Below, in pieces: positions 9,092 to 20,019 of a stretch of 64,000 nt of DNA. Position 1 is the stretch's first letter. Each line of letters begins with the position of its first letter. The translations under genes and the position numbers were made by a program. Origin of the DNA: Cyclobacteriaceae bacterium (GTDB lineage: Bacteria; Bacteroidota; Bacteroidia; Cytophagales; Cyclobacteriaceae); the NCBI GenBank assembly GCA_040216915.1, contig JAVJOD010000001.1, forward strand, positions 42,787 through 106,786, in the 5' to 3' direction. A model generated the notes under the pieces. The model made no database searches. It saw nothing but the letters and a program-made list of their open reading frames with translations, and was not told the DNA's origin.

Positions 9092-11461
9092 TTAAGGATT
9101 TGAAAGAATGGTAAAATTCTGTCTCAAGACTACACCATTCTCATCCACAAGCGTCAAGGAATGTGTCCCATATGAAGGATTTAGCGGCATTTGGTGACTG
9201 GATTGCGTTGTTCCCACATAAGAATCATCGAGATGCCAGTAAACTGTCGCATTGGGATCAGCATGAGCCACCTGAAAGAGTACCTTTCCAAAATTTCCGT
9301 CCAACTCTTTCGGGACAAATATCGAAGCGCCAGGTTTTGGATAAATGAGGTCCATAGATCCAGAAATCGAGGCAGCGTTACAGTTTTTGTCAAAGGGGGG
9401 CAAGGACCGATAGCTCAGGTTTTTAGACTTATAATAATACGCTTGCACAGGAGGAAGCACAAACCAATTTTCCTCCTCCATCTCAGAAACCAGTGCACAG
9501 CTGCTGTTCAATTGAAATTTCTTATCAGATGACAAGTAGACCTTCTTGTGGTATTGACATGAAGTGGTTTGTAGCCCTTTCTCGGTGGCCCAAATTGACT
9601 GCACCTGATCACATAATTTGGAGGCACGTTGGCCACTTCGTCTACAAACATCAATTTCCGTCATCTCACTTGTTGGTCTTTGAAACCACGTTTGTCCGGG
9701 CAGTAAATTAAATAGATCGAAGAGAATTGGTGCTGCCGCGGCACTCCCGGTAAGCCCGGGCCTTCCTTCGCCATCGGCATTGCCTACCCAAACACCAACT
9801 GCGTAGTCAGGATTTACGCCCACAGCCCAACCATCTCTAAATCCAAAGCTCGTTCCTGTTTTCCAGGCGATCTTTTTGGAGGAATTAAAAAACTGCCATC
9901 CTGTCTCCTCTCCCGGCCGGTAAAGTTCCTGCAAGGCCTCGAACGTAAGCCATATTGCCGAAGCCCCGATTCTACCGTGCTCGCTCCGTTGATGTGAAGT
10001 ATCCTCTTGCTTCTTCACAAAAGTTGGTGGATGATAAGTATCTTCTCTATAACGGTTTCTACCAGGGATTTCGAAGTAAGCATTGAGCACACGAGCCATA
10101 GATGCATAGGCTCCAGTGATGTCCCACAGGGTGCCCTCTGCCCCGCCAAGCACCAATGATAATCCATAGTGATCTGCAGGGTTAGTCAAGGTAGAAATAC
10201 CCACATCCTGAAGTAAGTCATAAAATTTCTCGTAACGATAATCGCGTAATTCATGGACGGCCGGGATATTGAGAGACCTTATTAGTGCTTGATCCGCAGC
10301 CACAGCGCCATCGTATTCCAAGGAAAAATTCTTTGGTGAAAATCCGCTGATGATGGTAGGCACGTCAGGTACCAATGTCTGTGGAAGAAGTTTCCCCTCA
10401 TCCATCATGGCGGCATAGAGAAATGGTTTTAAAATACTACCTGTGCTTCTTGGTGCCGCTATCACATCAACCTTGTCACTGTGCTCAGCACCAGAATTTG
10501 TGTTTCCCACATAAGCAAGTACTTCGCCAGTATTCACTTCCAATATGAGAGCGGCCGCATTGTAAACCTGATTTGCACGCAAGACATTAAACTGTTTGTT
10601 AATTACATCCTCGGCACTGCGTTGTAGTTGAAGCTCTACCGTGGAGGCAATCCGAGTTTGGCTCATACCCTCGCGCACTGCCCGATCTAATAAATGCTTA
10701 GCCAGCCTTGGAAGTGGAAGCGGATCTTTCGGCAACATCTCCTGCATAGCCAATTCCATAGTGAGCGCATCTATTTGATTAGCGCGATGGAGTCTGGTGA
10801 GCAATCGATCTCTTTTCGCTTTTAATGCGGACCTATTCTTACCGAGGTGTATAAGTGACGGATTGTTTGGTAGCACCGCCAGAAGTGCTGCCTCACCCCA
10901 GCTCATCTGGTCGATTGTTCGGCCAAAATATCTCCAAGATGCAGCCTCAATCCCAACTACATTGCCACCAAAGGGTGCGTGAGAAGCGTACAATGCCAAT
11001 ATCTCCGATTTTGAGTATCGCAGCTCCAGTCTTGTTGCTAAAATAATCTCCAGTATTTTTTCAAAAACTGTGCGTGAGCGGTTCCTTCGAGAAAGTCGTA
11101 TCACTTGCATGGTGAGCGTGCTTCCTCCACTTACGATCTCACCAGCTTCAATATTTTGTTTGAAGGCTCTACCAATAGAAAGCAGGTCAAATCCAATATG
11201 GGAATCAAAACGCTTGTCTTCAAACATTGTGATTGCCGCTTTAAATTTTTCTGGCACAAAAGTATTTTGCGGAAAACGCCATTGGCCATCAGCAGCAATA
11301 GATGCTGATAGCAGGTTGCCTTGTCTATCCTCAAGCACAGTCGAGTAGGGAGTTTGAAAAATCTCTTCAGGTAAAGAGAAATAGTATATGATTAGCGTCA
11401 GGGCAGATAAACCAAGCGCTATTCTAAATTTTCGTATCCAGAGCCATCCTCTTCCCTTCAT
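9092..11461 (-). CDS. pbpC: penicillin-binding protein 1C (bifunctional glycosyltransferase/transpeptidase)
   Basis: GT51 motifs EDKRF and GGSTLTMQ. Transpeptidase motifs SILK (SxxK), SLN and KTGTS, followed by a long C-terminal PbpC-type tail. Start moved to the ATG at 11461 (MKGRGWLW..) because the 11548 start would overlap the upstream gene by 67 nt. Confidence 0.88.
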   Translation of the reverse strand: MKGRGWLWIRKFRIALGLSALTLIIYYFSLPEEIFQTPYSTVLEDRQGNLLSASIAADGQWRFPQNTFVPEKFKAAITMFEDKRFDSHIGFDLLSIGRAFKQNIEAGEIVSGGSTLTMQVIRLSRRNRSRTVFEKILEIILATRLELRYSKSEILALYASHAPFGGNVVGIEAASWRYFGRTIDQMSWGEAALLAVLPNNPSLIHLGKNRSALKAKRDRLLTRLHRANQIDALTMELAMQEMLPKDPLPLPRLAKHLLDRAVREGMSQTRIASTVELQLQRSAEDVINKQFNVLRANQVYNAAALILEVNTGEVLAYVGNTNSGAEHSDKVDVIAAPRSTGSILKPFLYAAMMDEGKLLPQTLVPDVPTIISGFSPKNFSLEYDGAVAADQALIRSLNIPAVHELRDYRYEKFYDLLQDVGISTLTNPADHYGLSLVLGGAEGTLWDITGAYASMARVLNAYFEIPGRNRYREDTYHPPTFVKKQEDTSHQRSEHGRIGASAIWLTFEALQELYRPGEETGWQFFNSSKKIAWKTGTSFGFRDGWAVGVNPDYAVGVWVGNADGEGRPGLTGSAAAAPILFDLFNLLPGQTWFQRPTSEMTEIDVCRRSGQRASKLCDQVQSIWATEKGLQTTSCQYHKKVYLSSDKKFQLNSSCALVSEMEEENWFVLPPVQAYYYKSKNLSYRSLPPFDKNCNAASISGSMDLIYPKPGASIFVPKELDGNFGKVLFQVAHADPNATVYWHLDDSYVGTTQSSHQMPLNPSYGTHSLTLVDENGVVLRQNFTILSNP

Positions 11462-11481
11462 GAATGCTAAGCTAGGGAAGG

Positions 11482-12849
11482 TCAAAGATTTGAAATAAAA
11501 ATAATTAGCACAACCAATGGCGCCACGTACCGCACCAAAAATCTCCACACCATGAATAAAGACTGTTTATCAATATCTAATTCATCCTTGCTTGACTCCT
11601 TGGACAATACCCAACCACCAATGATGGCCATAAGAATTCCCCCAACCGGCATCAGGATGTTCGAGGCAAAATAATCTATCAATCCGAAAATTGTTTTCCC
11701 CTCCAGGGGCTTAAACATGCCCATCGGTGTAAAGTCCTTCCATATGTTGAAGGAAAAAACAGTACCTAACCCAAGTAACCACAATAGAAATCCGGCAACA
11801 TAAGTGATCTTCTTCCGGCCCAGCGAAGAAACTTCCTCCAGTCTGGAGATAATCGATTCAAGAAGTGAAATGGATGAAGACAGGGCCGCAAAAATCAACA
11901 GTATAAAAAATAGCGCCCCAATAAAATCACCGCCATACATTTGCCCGAAGGCGATAGGCAGCGTCATGAACAATAGTCCGGGACCCTCTGCCGGGGAAAG
12001 ACCATATTGAAATACAATGGGAAAAATCGCAAGCCCGGAAAGGACTGCTACCAATCCATCCACGAGACCAATGGTAATTGCGGATTTGATAATAGATGAT
12101 TGACGTGACATGTAAGCCCCATAGGTGAGCATCACCCCCAAGCCAATTCCCAACGAAAAAAAAGCCTGACCAAATGCGGTCATAATCACAGGAGCAGTGA
12201 GCTTTGAAAAATCGGGAGTAAACATAAATTTAACAGCCTGCAAGAACTCACCAGTAATCATGGCGTAGCACAATAGGATCAGGAGAATTAAAAACAAGGC
12301 TGGCATCATCCAGCTTACGGATTTTTCAAGACCACCCTTCACACCTTTCGCCACAATCAAAACAGTCGCGAAGACAAATACCCCCTGGAAAAACATTATC
12401 CGCAATGGGTTGCTTAGCACTTCGTTGTAATACCCCACTGCACTCTGCGAGTCTAGCTCATGAAGCAACCCAAAAAGGGAAGAAATGGCGTAGTCCACTG
12501 TCAGGCCTGCGATAACACAGTAAAAACTTAGGATGAAAAACAATCCGATGAGTGCTACCTGTCCAAAATGTCGCCAATGAGAACTAATATCCTCTTTGTT
12601 ACTGAGTACTTCCAGCGATCCAATAATACTTTTGCCGCCCCTTCTGCCGATCATAAACTCGGCAATGAGCACGGGAATGCCTATTAGAATTAAAGAAGCA
12701 AGATACACTAGCACAAATGCACCACCACCGTTCTCCCCCACCAGATAAGTAAACTTCCAAATGTTGGATAGTCCTACAGTGCTGCCAATGGAAGCAAGGA
12801 GGAAAAGATAATTTGAAGACCAACTTCTGGCAGGAGTTTGTTCAGGCAT
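11482..12849 (-). CDS. sodium-dependent transporter, neurotransmitter:sodium symporter (SNF) family
   Basis: 455 aa, polytopic, with the N-terminal SNF signature GLSNIWKFTYLVGENGGGAF. Confidence 0.88.
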   Translation of the reverse strand: MPEQTPARSWSSNYLFLLASIGSTVGLSNIWKFTYLVGENGGGAFVLVYLASLILIGIPVLIAEFMIGRRGGKSIIGSLEVLSNKEDISSHWRHFGQVALIGLFFILSFYCVIAGLTVDYAISSLFGLLHELDSQSAVGYYNEVLSNPLRIMFFQGVFVFATVLIVAKGVKGGLEKSVSWMMPALFLILLILLCYAMITGEFLQAVKFMFTPDFSKLTAPVIMTAFGQAFFSLGIGLGVMLTYGAYMSRQSSIIKSAITIGLVDGLVAVLSGLAIFPIVFQYGLSPAEGPGLLFMTLPIAFGQMYGGDFIGALFFILLIFAALSSSISLLESIISRLEEVSSLGRKKITYVAGFLLWLLGLGTVFSFNIWKDFTPMGMFKPLEGKTIFGLIDYFASNILMPVGGILMAIIGGWVLSKESSKDELDIDKQSLFMVWRFLVRYVAPLVVLIIFISNL

Positions 12850-12852
12850 AGC

Positions 12853-13917
12853 CTAATCGGTCTGTTGACTGTTCAAGTTGTATTTCATGATAGCCCCATG
12901 AGGTCCATCCTTGACTCTTTCTATATCAAAAACATCACCTTGCGGACCGTTGCGCTTGTCTAGCACGGCTCTGATTTTGGTGTTATCTGCAGAATCTAAC
13001 TGAAAGGAAAATGTTTTGAGGTTTTCTTTCAGGTGGGCGCTTGTCTTTGCTCCGACAATGATTCCACCCACCCTTTTTCGGTCGAGCATATATCGGGAGG
13101 CCACATTGGTAAGTTCAACATTGTGCTTGAGCGCAATGTCATTCAAGACGACTAGCAATTGTTGAAACATATTCCAGCCTCCAAATTCGTCAATCATCAA
13201 TTTATACTTAACCAATGATCTGTTTTCAAAAGGAGAATCCGGTTCAGACTTGCCCAACCAATGTTTGCTAAAAAAACCACCCGCGACTGTTCCATAGCAA
13301 AGCAAATGCATTGCTTCTTGCTGGCAGAGATCTACGAGCGTTTTCTCTGGTCTGTTATCAATCATCGAGTATTGAACTTGCAGTGTAGATAATTTGATGC
13401 CGGCATCGATTATCGCCTTCGTGGCTGTAGTGTTGAAGTTTGTTGCCGACAACAAGTTGATCTTACCTTCTTGCTGTAGATCTCCTAGCCAATGTGCCGT
13501 CTCCACCCATCGTGACACGTCATAAGTCCACCAACTGAACTGTACCATATCCAATCGTTCGCGTCCTAGTCGCCTTAGTGATCGGTCAATAATTTTTTGA
13601 ACATATGCTTTGTCTAAAGTGGCTAAGTCATCGTAGTCAGGCACAAACTTAGTCAGCACTTTGATGTCATCATTTCTTCCTTGTCGCTGTTTGCGCAGGG
13701 AAAGAAACTTTCCAATTAATTCTTCAACACCTGTATATATGTCGGCACAATCAAATGTGTTTATCCCTGCTTCTGCAAATGCAAACATGTCTTCAATTGG
13801 GTCGCTGCTTGATTGCTGGCTGTGGCCCTTGGATAGTTGCCAACCTCCTTTTATGATTCGGGATATCTTAAAACCAGGTGCTACTTCAATCGTTTCAACT
13901 GCCATTCCTATTGCCAA
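12853..13917 (-). CDS. aldo/keto reductase family oxidoreductase
   Basis: 354 aa with AKR-like motifs (FDCADIYTG, KF.P, LLCYGTVAGG). Confidence 0.82.
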   Translation of the reverse strand: MAIGMAVETIEVAPGFKISRIIKGGWQLSKGHSQQSSSDPIEDMFAFAEAGINTFDCADIYTGVEELIGKFLSLRKQRQGRNDDIKVLTKFVPDYDDLATLDKAYVQKIIDRSLRRLGRERLDMVQFSWWTYDVSRWVETAHWLGDLQQEGKINLLSATNFNTTATKAIIDAGIKLSTLQVQYSMIDNRPEKTLVDLCQQEAMHLLCYGTVAGGFFSKHWLGKSEPDSPFENRSLVKYKLMIDEFGGWNMFQQLLVVLNDIALKHNVELTNVASRYMLDRKRVGGIIVGAKTSAHLKENLKTFSFQLDSADNTKIRAVLDKRNGPQGDVFDIERVKDGPHGAIMKYNLNSQQTD

Positions 13918-14261
13918 TCTTTATTATCCTCCGGCAGCGGAACGATTGTCGTGTCCGCTCTTTTGAATATCCTCTTTCCAATTCTGCTAATCTTAAACCT
14001 GGCACCACAATGTGGATCAGGGCAAGCAATAATATGATCGGTGGCCATCCAATCGTACTGATTGAGTGGTCGTTGTTTTGGTGTGAGTAACGGAAGGAGT
14101 GCTGAAAGTGCGTAAAGTGAAAACGGCTTTCCTTTGGGGAAAATCAAGTTCTCCCCTCTCACTTCAAACGAGTCGCCAACTTCGTGACTACATACAAATG
14201 GCTTTTCACCTTCAATGGTCTCCACCTTCAAATCATATAAGACAAATTCTTGTTCACTCAT
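13908..14261 (-). CDS. small conserved Cys-containing protein (resembles the TIGR04076 family; function unknown)
   Basis: 117 aa with C-SH..GD.F...GENLIFP and ..ACPDPHCGARF motifs. Overlaps the AKR start by 10 nt and lies 3 nt after the A2M stop. The family assignment is from memory only. Confidence 0.55.
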   Translation of the reverse strand: MSEQEFVLYDLKVETIEGEKPFVCSHEVGDSFEVRGENLIFPKGKPFSLYALSALLPLLTPKQRPLNQYDWMATDHIIACPDPHCGARFKISRIGKRIFKRADTTIVPLPEDNKDWQ

Positions 14262-14264
14262 GAT

Positions 14265-17200
14265 TTACTGATTAATGTTCGCCTTAAACACCTCCACTAC
14301 TTGTCCCTTTCTCCGGGCATGTATACTGCGATCATACATCGCTTCGCAACTTACTGCAGGCAAGTAATAAGATCCTGCATAAGTTGCTGTCAATAATACT
14401 TTAAAGGTCTTCTTTTGATTTGGTCCGATGTCAAAGTAGGTGTAAACCCTATCATCTCTGATATCTTGATAGGTAGGGGTACTTCCTCCCACACTGTTTT
14501 CAACCTCATCCAATCTCAAATTATTGACCTCCCATCCGCTTGGAAATATTTGACTCAAGGCCATGTTTTGATACAGGCCACGAAGACCCGGATTGATTAT
14601 CGTCACGTTGGCCATGAATTCTGTGCCCTGCTCTAAATACTTTGGATCTACAATATTTCCTTTAGCATCTGAATACGTGACATTCATGCTTAAATTACTC
14701 TCCGCATCTTCTTCAGCGCCACGCGCGGGCACTCCTTCGGAAATTACGCTTACAAAGAGTGATCCTCCACTCGTATTGGACACGTTGAGTGTCGAAGACT
14801 TCACTTCTTCTGTAGGCAATTGTACCTGAGCAATGGGTAATTCGGTACTTGCTGTGACTTCCTTACCCATGTAGTTGTAAGTGAATTTTATGCTGCTCTT
14901 GTTCTCTAAGCTGGCAAACGAACCTACTGCCTTTAGGCACCAGGCAACCGTTTGTGTACTCATCCAGGCACTCGAGTTACTCAAGGACGCTGAGATATCT
15001 TTTAGCAAAGCGAATCCTTTTTCCCTTTCGTTCATCAACAATAGCGTTTCCAATATGATCGCTTTGTCCCTTAGATCAGACCCATAGGAATACCCTAATT
15101 CCTGATAAGGCTTGACTGTTGCTGGCACATTGCTAATAAGTGCTTTAGCTGCTTCTGGTTGCCCCGCCTTGATGTATGAAGAAGCAAGCATCCACTTCGC
15201 AGTTGCCGTTAATGTACTGTGCTCCCGAAGTCGGTTCATGGCACCTAGTTCAGGCTCGCCCGAAAGCGCCAAAGTATACAATCGGTAAGCCTGTATAAGT
15301 TCATCACGCTCGTACCGGCTGTTATTTCTCCAGGATTGCGCCATATCCTTTTGGTATCGCTTCCACTTCCTCAACATATCATTCGGCACGAAGTATCCCT
15401 TGTTCTTCGCTTCGAGTAAGAAGTGACCTGCATATGTAGTTGCCCAACTGTCTGAGTTTTCACCGCCAGGCCAGTACGCAAAACCTCCATCACGATTTAC
15501 AAATAGTTTGAGTCTTTCAATTCCTGCCGTGACATTAGACTGAATCTTCGTTTTCTCCGCATCGGTCAGCACTTTTATCTGATCAAGGTACAGTTGCGGA
15601 AATACAGATGAAGTGGTTTGCTCTATACAACCGTATGGATATCCCATCAAGTATTTCAGTCGCTGCCCCAGATTGACAGGTGGCAAACTTGAAATTTCTA
15701 GGGTGGAGGCGTTTGTTCCAACGACTCCGACAGGACTTAACGAAATGGACCATGACTTTCCAGACTCCAGGAAAGTGTCCTGTACCCTTGTTACCATTGG
15801 ATTGGGATTTCGCACCTCTATATCGATGACATCAGTCGCCTTGTAACTCCCCGATGAAACAGTAACTTCTACTTTCGCAAAGCCAGTCTCGCCTTTGACT
15901 GCCAATTCAAAGTCTGTGGTGAGGTCAGTATTGCCATCCATGTTGATCGACTTACTATTACCAGCAGGCAACATCAGCGGTCCTGATACTTTGAGTTCAA
16001 CCTTCACATTTTGAATGTTTTTTTCCATAGAGAAGATTGTAATCGGCAATTTTAGATTTTCTTCCGGCCCCAAGACACGCGGTAAAGTGGCCAACACCAT
16101 TAGGGGTTTTCTTACAGGAGTGGCTTTGTCCACTTTGCCATAAGCGCCCTCATAGCCTGCAACTAGCATGGTCTTCACTGAGCCAATGTATTGCGGCATG
16201 ATAAATCGGTGCTCATTGGTACCGTCCAAAGTGATCGGTCCGAAGAACTTAACGACAGGCTTAAACCTGTTCGCCTTGCTATCCTCTTGTTTGCCCGCAA
16301 GCTCGGCATCACCTCCAATAGCCAGTAGGCGCTCAACCCTTCCGCCATACGATCCGATTACATAATCATAAAGGTCCCAGGTCTTCACTCCCAAAGCCTC
16401 CCTGGCGTAGAATCTTCGCCATGCATCTGGAGTAGCAAACTTGGTGAGATCCAATAAACCCTCATCTACGATTGCCAGCGTATAGGTCATCTCTCTATTG
16501 CTTTTCTCCGACACCTTTATTACGACTTCCTTTCCGGGCTCCAGCACATCGGGCATGCTAATCTGCGGCTCAAGATGAGTAGAAGGATCTTCCACTTGAA
16601 TAGGAATAATTCCATACATGCGTATTGGCAAATCGTTTATTGCCTGTGAATGCGGTTGCAACAAAGTCACATTGACAAATGCGTTTGGCGTCATCTCCCG
16701 GGTGATGTCAAAACTAAATTGGTTATCGCCTTGCTGGGTCTCGACCCAATAGGTTTGGATAACCTTACTGCCATTCTCCACGCTCACTAAGGCCCTTCCC
16801 TGACCACTTCCAGGAATTATCAAGTTGGCCTTCTCTCCAATATTATACGATGGCTTATCCGAAGAGAAGGAAAGCATCGTGGCACCCTGTCCTCCCTCCC
16901 TCGCTCTCCCGGCCCATCCGGGCCAATCGATGTATACAATCTTGCCGGTAGTGTGTCCTGATACAGGATCGTAAGCCTTCACCAAAAATCTTCCCCACTC
17001 AGGATAGTTCACTTTAAAGTTCCACACGCCTTTTCCATTGACCGTTTGTATCCTTCCTGTAGTCACAGGTCTTGCGTTTCTTCCCGACATGTAGTTGGCA
17101 TTGCCCCCTGAATTATCCCACCACCAGCTCCACTCCAATTTGTACAATGACATTTTAATTGCGCTTCGCGAAACCGGTTTTCCATCCGCATCTACCGTTA

Positions 17201-19850
17201 CCACTTCCGCCTGATGGGTAGTGTCGGTGAGCAGCATGCCTCGCTTGTCTCCCAGGGGAAGCTTCACACCGGTGAAAGATGAGTAGGGATAATAAGGAAT
17301 ACTAAATCGATCGATGCTGAAATTTCCACTCTCTTCGAATACTTTTCCCCTGAAAACTGCATTTAGTTTACCAGGTGCCGCCTCTGAAATTTTTAATGTA
17401 GTGTTGACCGTGGCGTGTCCTTCAGCATCGGTGTATCCTTCGAAGACAGTTTGTGTTTCACTGTAAAAATCCAGCGAGGGATCATCAAATGTATAGTTGG
17501 AGAACTTTTCAAATTTTGTCTCCGCTTTATTCAAGACCACTTCAAACTCCGCCTTCAAGTTCTTTCCGGGTGCACCATGCAGCCAGTTCACCTGAAGATT
17601 CCCGGAAACGTTGTTGTTGCCGGCAGTAATTTTATCTACACCAAAATCTAAATTGATTTTTAGTCTATTGGGTTTCACCGTTTCGATCTTGAGAGACTTG
17701 GTGAATTCCGTGCCTCCCACTTTTACTCTCCCTAGCCAATTACCGGTAGGAGCATCCGTGCTCGTAGCGGTCGCAAAGTTGTAAAAGCCGTTATTCGAAC
17801 TTGACCTTACTATTCTACTCGTCACCTGACCTTGCGGGTTTTGAAGTTCGAAAACAACGGGGTGCGTTGCGGGAAGGAGTTTTAGTTTGTCTTCTAAAAG
17901 GAAGGTGAGATAAAGAGAATCACCTGGGCGCCAAACACCTCGCTCACCATATAGAAAGCCCTTCAGCCCACGATCTACACGCTCCCCGCCCACATCAAAG
18001 TTGCTTAGTGACAGCGACTCACCGTCATTCAATTTTAAATAACCACGCTGACTTCCATTCTTGGCTAACAAGACAAAAGGTTGTTCCTTGGAGGAAATAA
18101 CTGCCTTTCCATCTGGCCCTGACGAGGCCGAACCAATGAGCTGCTGCTGAAAATCATATAGTTCTAGTTGAATGCCAGACAAAGGCTGAGTGGTTTTGAT
18201 GTCATTAACGACCACCAACAGGTTTCCATCACTTCCTTGTTTCGCAATAAGCCCAAGGTCGGAAGCCAATACATTCCGCTTTACATTTCTATCTCCCGTG
18301 TAGTAAGAGGAGTGACATGGATTGTCGCGCTCGCGCCAATCATAGTCATCGCTGTAATAATATTCCTCATAAGAATCCCAATAGTTGTCTTCCCCTGCAT
18401 CAGAGAGGTCCCACTCCTCCTCTTCGGAAAATGCTGCCATTTCACTAGCTGTAGAAGGGTCACCGCTTCCATCATCGCACACATAGGCGAGGTATGATTT
18501 TCTAAACCTCAACCGCACCTGGTAAATTGCTCCGGGTTCGGCATTCAAAAGCGTGGAAAGATCTAACGTGAACCTATTCCACTTTCCCAAATCAGTCACT
18601 CCCACGTTGTCAAGCGAGATCACTTTTTTTAGAACGGGTTTACCCACCCTTCTTAGCTCTCCATTTCCTGAAAGGTTGTTGGTTTGGAGAAATTGCAAAA
18701 CATTGCCTTCGTAGATTTTGATTACAGTAAGGTCCACTTTTTTAAGATTCACCGCTTCAAAGGGCATGATAAGACCATCGGTGGCAGGCAGCACCGAGCC
18801 TTTACCCGCAAACTTCACGGCTGGTTTTTCCTGTTGAAATTGTACAGAAAAAACTCCTCGCTGTTTCATGCGATAATCCAGAATATTGCGGATACCTGCT
18901 TCAATAGTCACGTCTTTGCTACCGGTCTGTCGCACAGGCGGGAAAACCCTTACCTCATTATCTTTTATTTCAAATTCAAGACTATTCAATCCAGCTATAT
19001 TGATTAACCCCTCCAAATTTTGTCTCTCCCGAAGTGGGTCGGAGAATTGTACTACAACTGCTTGTGCATTTCCCTGTTCCACTCTTACATTAGTTATTTT
19101 GAAGTCACCGAGCGCAGGAATGATTACTTCCTCCTGCTTGGCCAGGTCCACGCCAATGGACTTGCCATCCAGGGAAATCACTACCTTTCCCTCTGTCTCC
19201 TTTCGCAATACATTTTCAATTACAAAATGATGTTGTTTGCCTTCTGGCGTATGTGTCCATACCACAGGCAGAAGCGTACCCTCTTGTTTCGCTTGTAAAG
19301 ATGCAGCGATGGCATCATCGGCTGCAAAGTCGGCTGTGGTAACTGTTCCTTCAATCTTTTGTTTCGTTAACTCCGTCTTCACATAAGGCTTAATATTTTC
19401 TATGGCTAGTTCAAGATTTTGAGGAATCACCTGAAACGAATATTTGAATGTGGACAGTGCCTTGGGCACCTCTTGCAGTTTTGACAAGTAAAACTCTAAT
19501 TCATAAACCTGGCCTGAATTCAGGCGATTTGAAGGTGTGAATTCTACAGTTCTGCCATCCAGCCAGACCGTCTTACCGCTAACTGATGGACTGAGAGATA
19601 TTAACTTGACACTGGTCTCTTGCCCGATCTGAGATGCATCCACCCCATCTTGCGTCAGGATGATCCTAACTGAGGAACCTGAACTGATCACGCCAGCCGT
19701 ATAAGATGATATATACTCACCAAAAGCGGGGTTAAGTGAGATGCGATCACCGTCCTTGGACGTACCCGGATAGAAGAAAAGAATTAAGATGATGGTTATG
19801 GACAACCCTAAGACGGCAAGGCCTATTTTCTTAAGTGGTGCGCTTTTCAT
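14265..19850 (-). CDS. bacterial alpha-2-macroglobulin family protein (thioester-containing, YfhM-like)
   Basis: 1861 aa. Thioester motif MGYPYGCIEQTTSS, with the CIEQ codons at 15618..15629. N-terminal single hydrophobic anchor with no lipobox Cys. Confidence 0.9.
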   Translation of the reverse strand: MKSAPLKKIGLAVLGLSITIILILFFYPGTSKDGDRISLNPAFGEYISSYTAGVISSGSSVRIILTQDGVDASQIGQETSVKLISLSPSVSGKTVWLDGRTVEFTPSNRLNSGQVYELEFYLSKLQEVPKALSTFKYSFQVIPQNLELAIENIKPYVKTELTKQKIEGTVTTADFAADDAIAASLQAKQEGTLLPVVWTHTPEGKQHHFVIENVLRKETEGKVVISLDGKSIGVDLAKQEEVIIPALGDFKITNVRVEQGNAQAVVVQFSDPLRERQNLEGLINIAGLNSLEFEIKDNEVRVFPPVRQTGSKDVTIEAGIRNILDYRMKQRGVFSVQFQQEKPAVKFAGKGSVLPATDGLIMPFEAVNLKKVDLTVIKIYEGNVLQFLQTNNLSGNGELRRVGKPVLKKVISLDNVGVTDLGKWNRFTLDLSTLLNAEPGAIYQVRLRFRKSYLAYVCDDGSGDPSTASEMAAFSEEEEWDLSDAGEDNYWDSYEEYYYSDDYDWRERDNPCHSSYYTGDRNVKRNVLASDLGLIAKQGSDGNLLVVVNDIKTTQPLSGIQLELYDFQQQLIGSASSGPDGKAVISSKEQPFVLLAKNGSQRGYLKLNDGESLSLSNFDVGGERVDRGLKGFLYGERGVWRPGDSLYLTFLLEDKLKLLPATHPVVFELQNPQGQVTSRIVRSSSNNGFYNFATATSTDAPTGNWLGRVKVGGTEFTKSLKIETVKPNRLKINLDFGVDKITAGNNNVSGNLQVNWLHGAPGKNLKAEFEVVLNKAETKFEKFSNYTFDDPSLDFYSETQTVFEGYTDAEGHATVNTTLKISEAAPGKLNAVFRGKVFEESGNFSIDRFSIPYYPYSSFTGVKLPLGDKRGMLLTDTTHQAEVVTVDADGKPVSRSAIKMSLYKLEWSWWWDNSGGNANYMSGRNARPVTTGRIQTVNGKGVWNFKVNYPEWGRFLVKAYDPVSGHTTGKIVYIDWPGWAGRAREGGQGATMLSFSSDKPSYNIGEKANLIIPGSGQGRALVSVENGSKVIQTYWVETQQGDNQFSFDITREMTPNAFVNVTLLQPHSQAINDLPIRMYGIIPIQVEDPSTHLEPQISMPDVLEPGKEVVIKVSEKSNREMTYTLAIVDEGLLDLTKFATPDAWRRFYAREALGVKTWDLYDYVIGSYGGRVERLLAIGGDAELAGKQEDSKANRFKPVVKFFGPITLDGTNEHRFIMPQYIGSVKTMLVAGYEGAYGKVDKATPVRKPLMVLATLPRVLGPEENLKLPITIFSMEKNIQNVKVELKVSGPLMLPAGNSKSINMDGNTDLTTDFELAVKGETGFAKVEVTVSSGSYKATDVIDIEVRNPNPMVTRVQDTFLESGKSWSISLSPVGVVGTNASTLEISSLPPVNLGQRLKYLMGYPYGCIEQTTSSVFPQLYLDQIKVLTDAEKTKIQSNVTAGIERLKLFVNRDGGFAYWPGGENSDSWATTYAGHFLLEAKNKGYFVPNDMLRKWKRYQKDMAQSWRNNSRYERDELIQAYRLYTLALSGEPELGAMNRLREHSTLTATAKWMLASSYIKAGQPEAAKALISNVPATVKPYQELGYSYGSDLRDKAIILETLLLMNEREKGFALLKDISASLSNSSAWMSTQTVAWCLKAVGSFASLENKSSIKFTYNYMGKEVTASTELPIAQVQLPTEEVKSSTLNVSNTSGGSLFVSVISEGVPARGAEEDAESNLSMNVTYSDAKGNIVDPKYLEQGTEFMANVTIINPGLRGLYQNMALSQIFPSGWEVNNLRLDEVENSVGGSTPTYQDIRDDRVYTYFDIGPNQKKTFKVLLTATYAGSYYLPAVSCEAMYDRSIHARRKGQVVEVFKANINQ

Positions 19851-20019
19851 AGTTCATTGAATTTGGGACTTTGAATATCGAGAAAATACAGTGGCGAAAG
19901 AACTGAAGCGAGTCAATTAGGTAAATTTCCTTCAATAGGTTGTAAATTCCTTTGCCTTCAGTAGACATGCTTCTAAATTGCAGCTTGATTTTTTTGGAAC
20001 CGCAAAAAGTAGCATCAGC

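Noticed and set aside
11462-11548. N-terminal extension of PBP1C (MEIFGAVRG..)
   Set aside because: It would overlap the SNF transporter 3' end by 67 nt. The internal ATG at 11461 gives a typical basic-then-TM PBP N-terminus and a 20-nt intergenic gap.
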